A DNA stretch of 64,000 nucleotides. Origin: Eledone cirrhosa. Lineage: Eukaryota. Where the stretch lies: contig OZ024745.1 of the NCBI GenBank assembly GCA_964016885.1, positions 44,454,001 to 44,518,000 of the forward strand, given 5' to 3'. Shown piece after piece: positions 62,841 to 64,000 of the stretch. The notes beneath the pieces were generated by a model that ran no database searches, was not told where the DNA came from, and saw only the letters and a list, made by a program, of their open reading frames with translations. Position 1 is the stretch's first letter, and the number at the start of each line of letters is the position of its first letter. Made by a program: the position numbers and the translations under genes.

Positions 62841-64000
62841 GTGGTGAGAGTAAACGGTCACCTTTCCGAACCGTTCAAGATCATGCGCTCGGTCCGCCAA
62901 GGATGTCCCCTCTTGCCCCTCTTGTATGTATTGACTCTCGAGCCATTACTGCACAAACTGGAGACGTTGAGGGGGGTCCCGCGTCAGCTAGGATGCGGAA
63001 GATTCGTGTCAGCATATGCGGATGATGTCACTGTAGTGGTGTCGAACGCCAAATACATCGAGGCGATCGGCACTACACTAAGAGAATACGAAGCGGTGAC
63101 AGGAGCAATGATCAACCAGGAAAAGTCGGTGGGCCTGCAGCTTGGCACCTGGAGAGGCAGGTCCATGCCGTCCAACGGCGTCGTCGGGCGCTGGACGGAC
63201 AGACCAGTTAAATTGCTAGGGGTCTGGTTCAGCCCGGACCTCCAGACGGACAAAAACTGGGACGAGGTGACGAGCAGGGTGGCTTCTCTCACCCAGAAAT
63301 GGGCGGAGAGAAAGCTATCCATGAAAGGTCGAGTGGAGGTGGCTAACGCGTACATCGTGTCCGTCATCTACTACCGCCTGACCCTCATGCCTTGTCCTAA
63401 GCCTCGCCTGACTGCGCTGGAGCGTTTGCTCTTTCGCTTTTTGTGGAAGGGACACGCTCCGATGGTCAAGCGGTCCATATGCTGTCAACACCTGCTACGT
63501 GGAGGGCTGGGCATGCCGTGGCTAATGATGCAGACACGCGCTCAGGCTACGACATCTCCACCTCTTCCTCGACGGTGATCAGGTGTGGTCGCCATTTGCT
63601 AGACGCGTCTTTCCCCAGCTCGTCTCCTTGACGGAGCTGCAGTCCTGGGTCAAGCGAAGACCGAGAGGGAGCGCCTGGAGACTGGAATGTCTTCAGGCGC
63701 TCACAGCCCTCGGCCAATTGGGCAATGTGATCGGTGGAAACTCCACCTTGTCGTTCTATAGAGGGTTAGTGGAGGGGAAGAGTGACAACGTACTTGGGGA
63801 AACTCTAGGCGTCGACGAAAATCAACTAGCCAATCTCTTGGGAAGGACTTTCGGGTCGGGGCCTATGGACAACTTCCACAAATCCCTGGCCTGGCAGTGC
63901 TACCGGGGAGCTTTGCCAGTTCGGGATAAACTCTACCGGCATGGAGGTGCCGTCAGCCGGGCATGTCCGAGATGCGCGCAGGGCGACGAAACCGTCCTGC
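62841..64000 (+). mobile_element. 5'-truncated Tx1 LINE, running off the window
   Basis: VRVNGHLSEPF..SVRQGCPL and YADD. Close relative of 22206-25180. Confidence 0.92.

Overview
AT-rich, microsatellite-dense animal genomic DNA. The SINE/LINE repertoire best fits an octopus or other coleoid cephalopod (inference). Two convergent, intron-rich genes are present. (1) The last four coding exons of the ceramide transfer protein CERT1 (START domain) lie on + at 198-5020. (2) A single-domain receptor-type protein tyrosine phosphatase lies on - as 15 phase-compatible exons (60202 to 20383, ~774 aa, 5' end not found). Its architecture is Ser/Thr-rich stalk, four 6-Cys EB-like modules, TM helix, intact PTP domain, and acidic repetitive tail. 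The four Cys modules come from a ~4.5-5 kb tandem duplication. The paralogous exons differ by ~15-16 substitutions, all nonsynonymous, and one module exon appears to need a GC splice donor. The introns hold a head-to-tail array of L1/Tx1 LINEs (one full length), a young RTE LINE with a PHD-type finger, an R4/Dong-like REL LINE, CORE-type SINEs, TTAA MITEs, a Helitron and a solo LTR (both with empty sites in the paralogous copy), three minisatellites and several long palindromes. At 43.9-45.2 kb there are three type I hammerhead ribozyme motifs, two of them in a 545-nt-spaced tandem, retrozyme/Penelope-like arrangement. All coordinates and counts were read by eye and are not computed.
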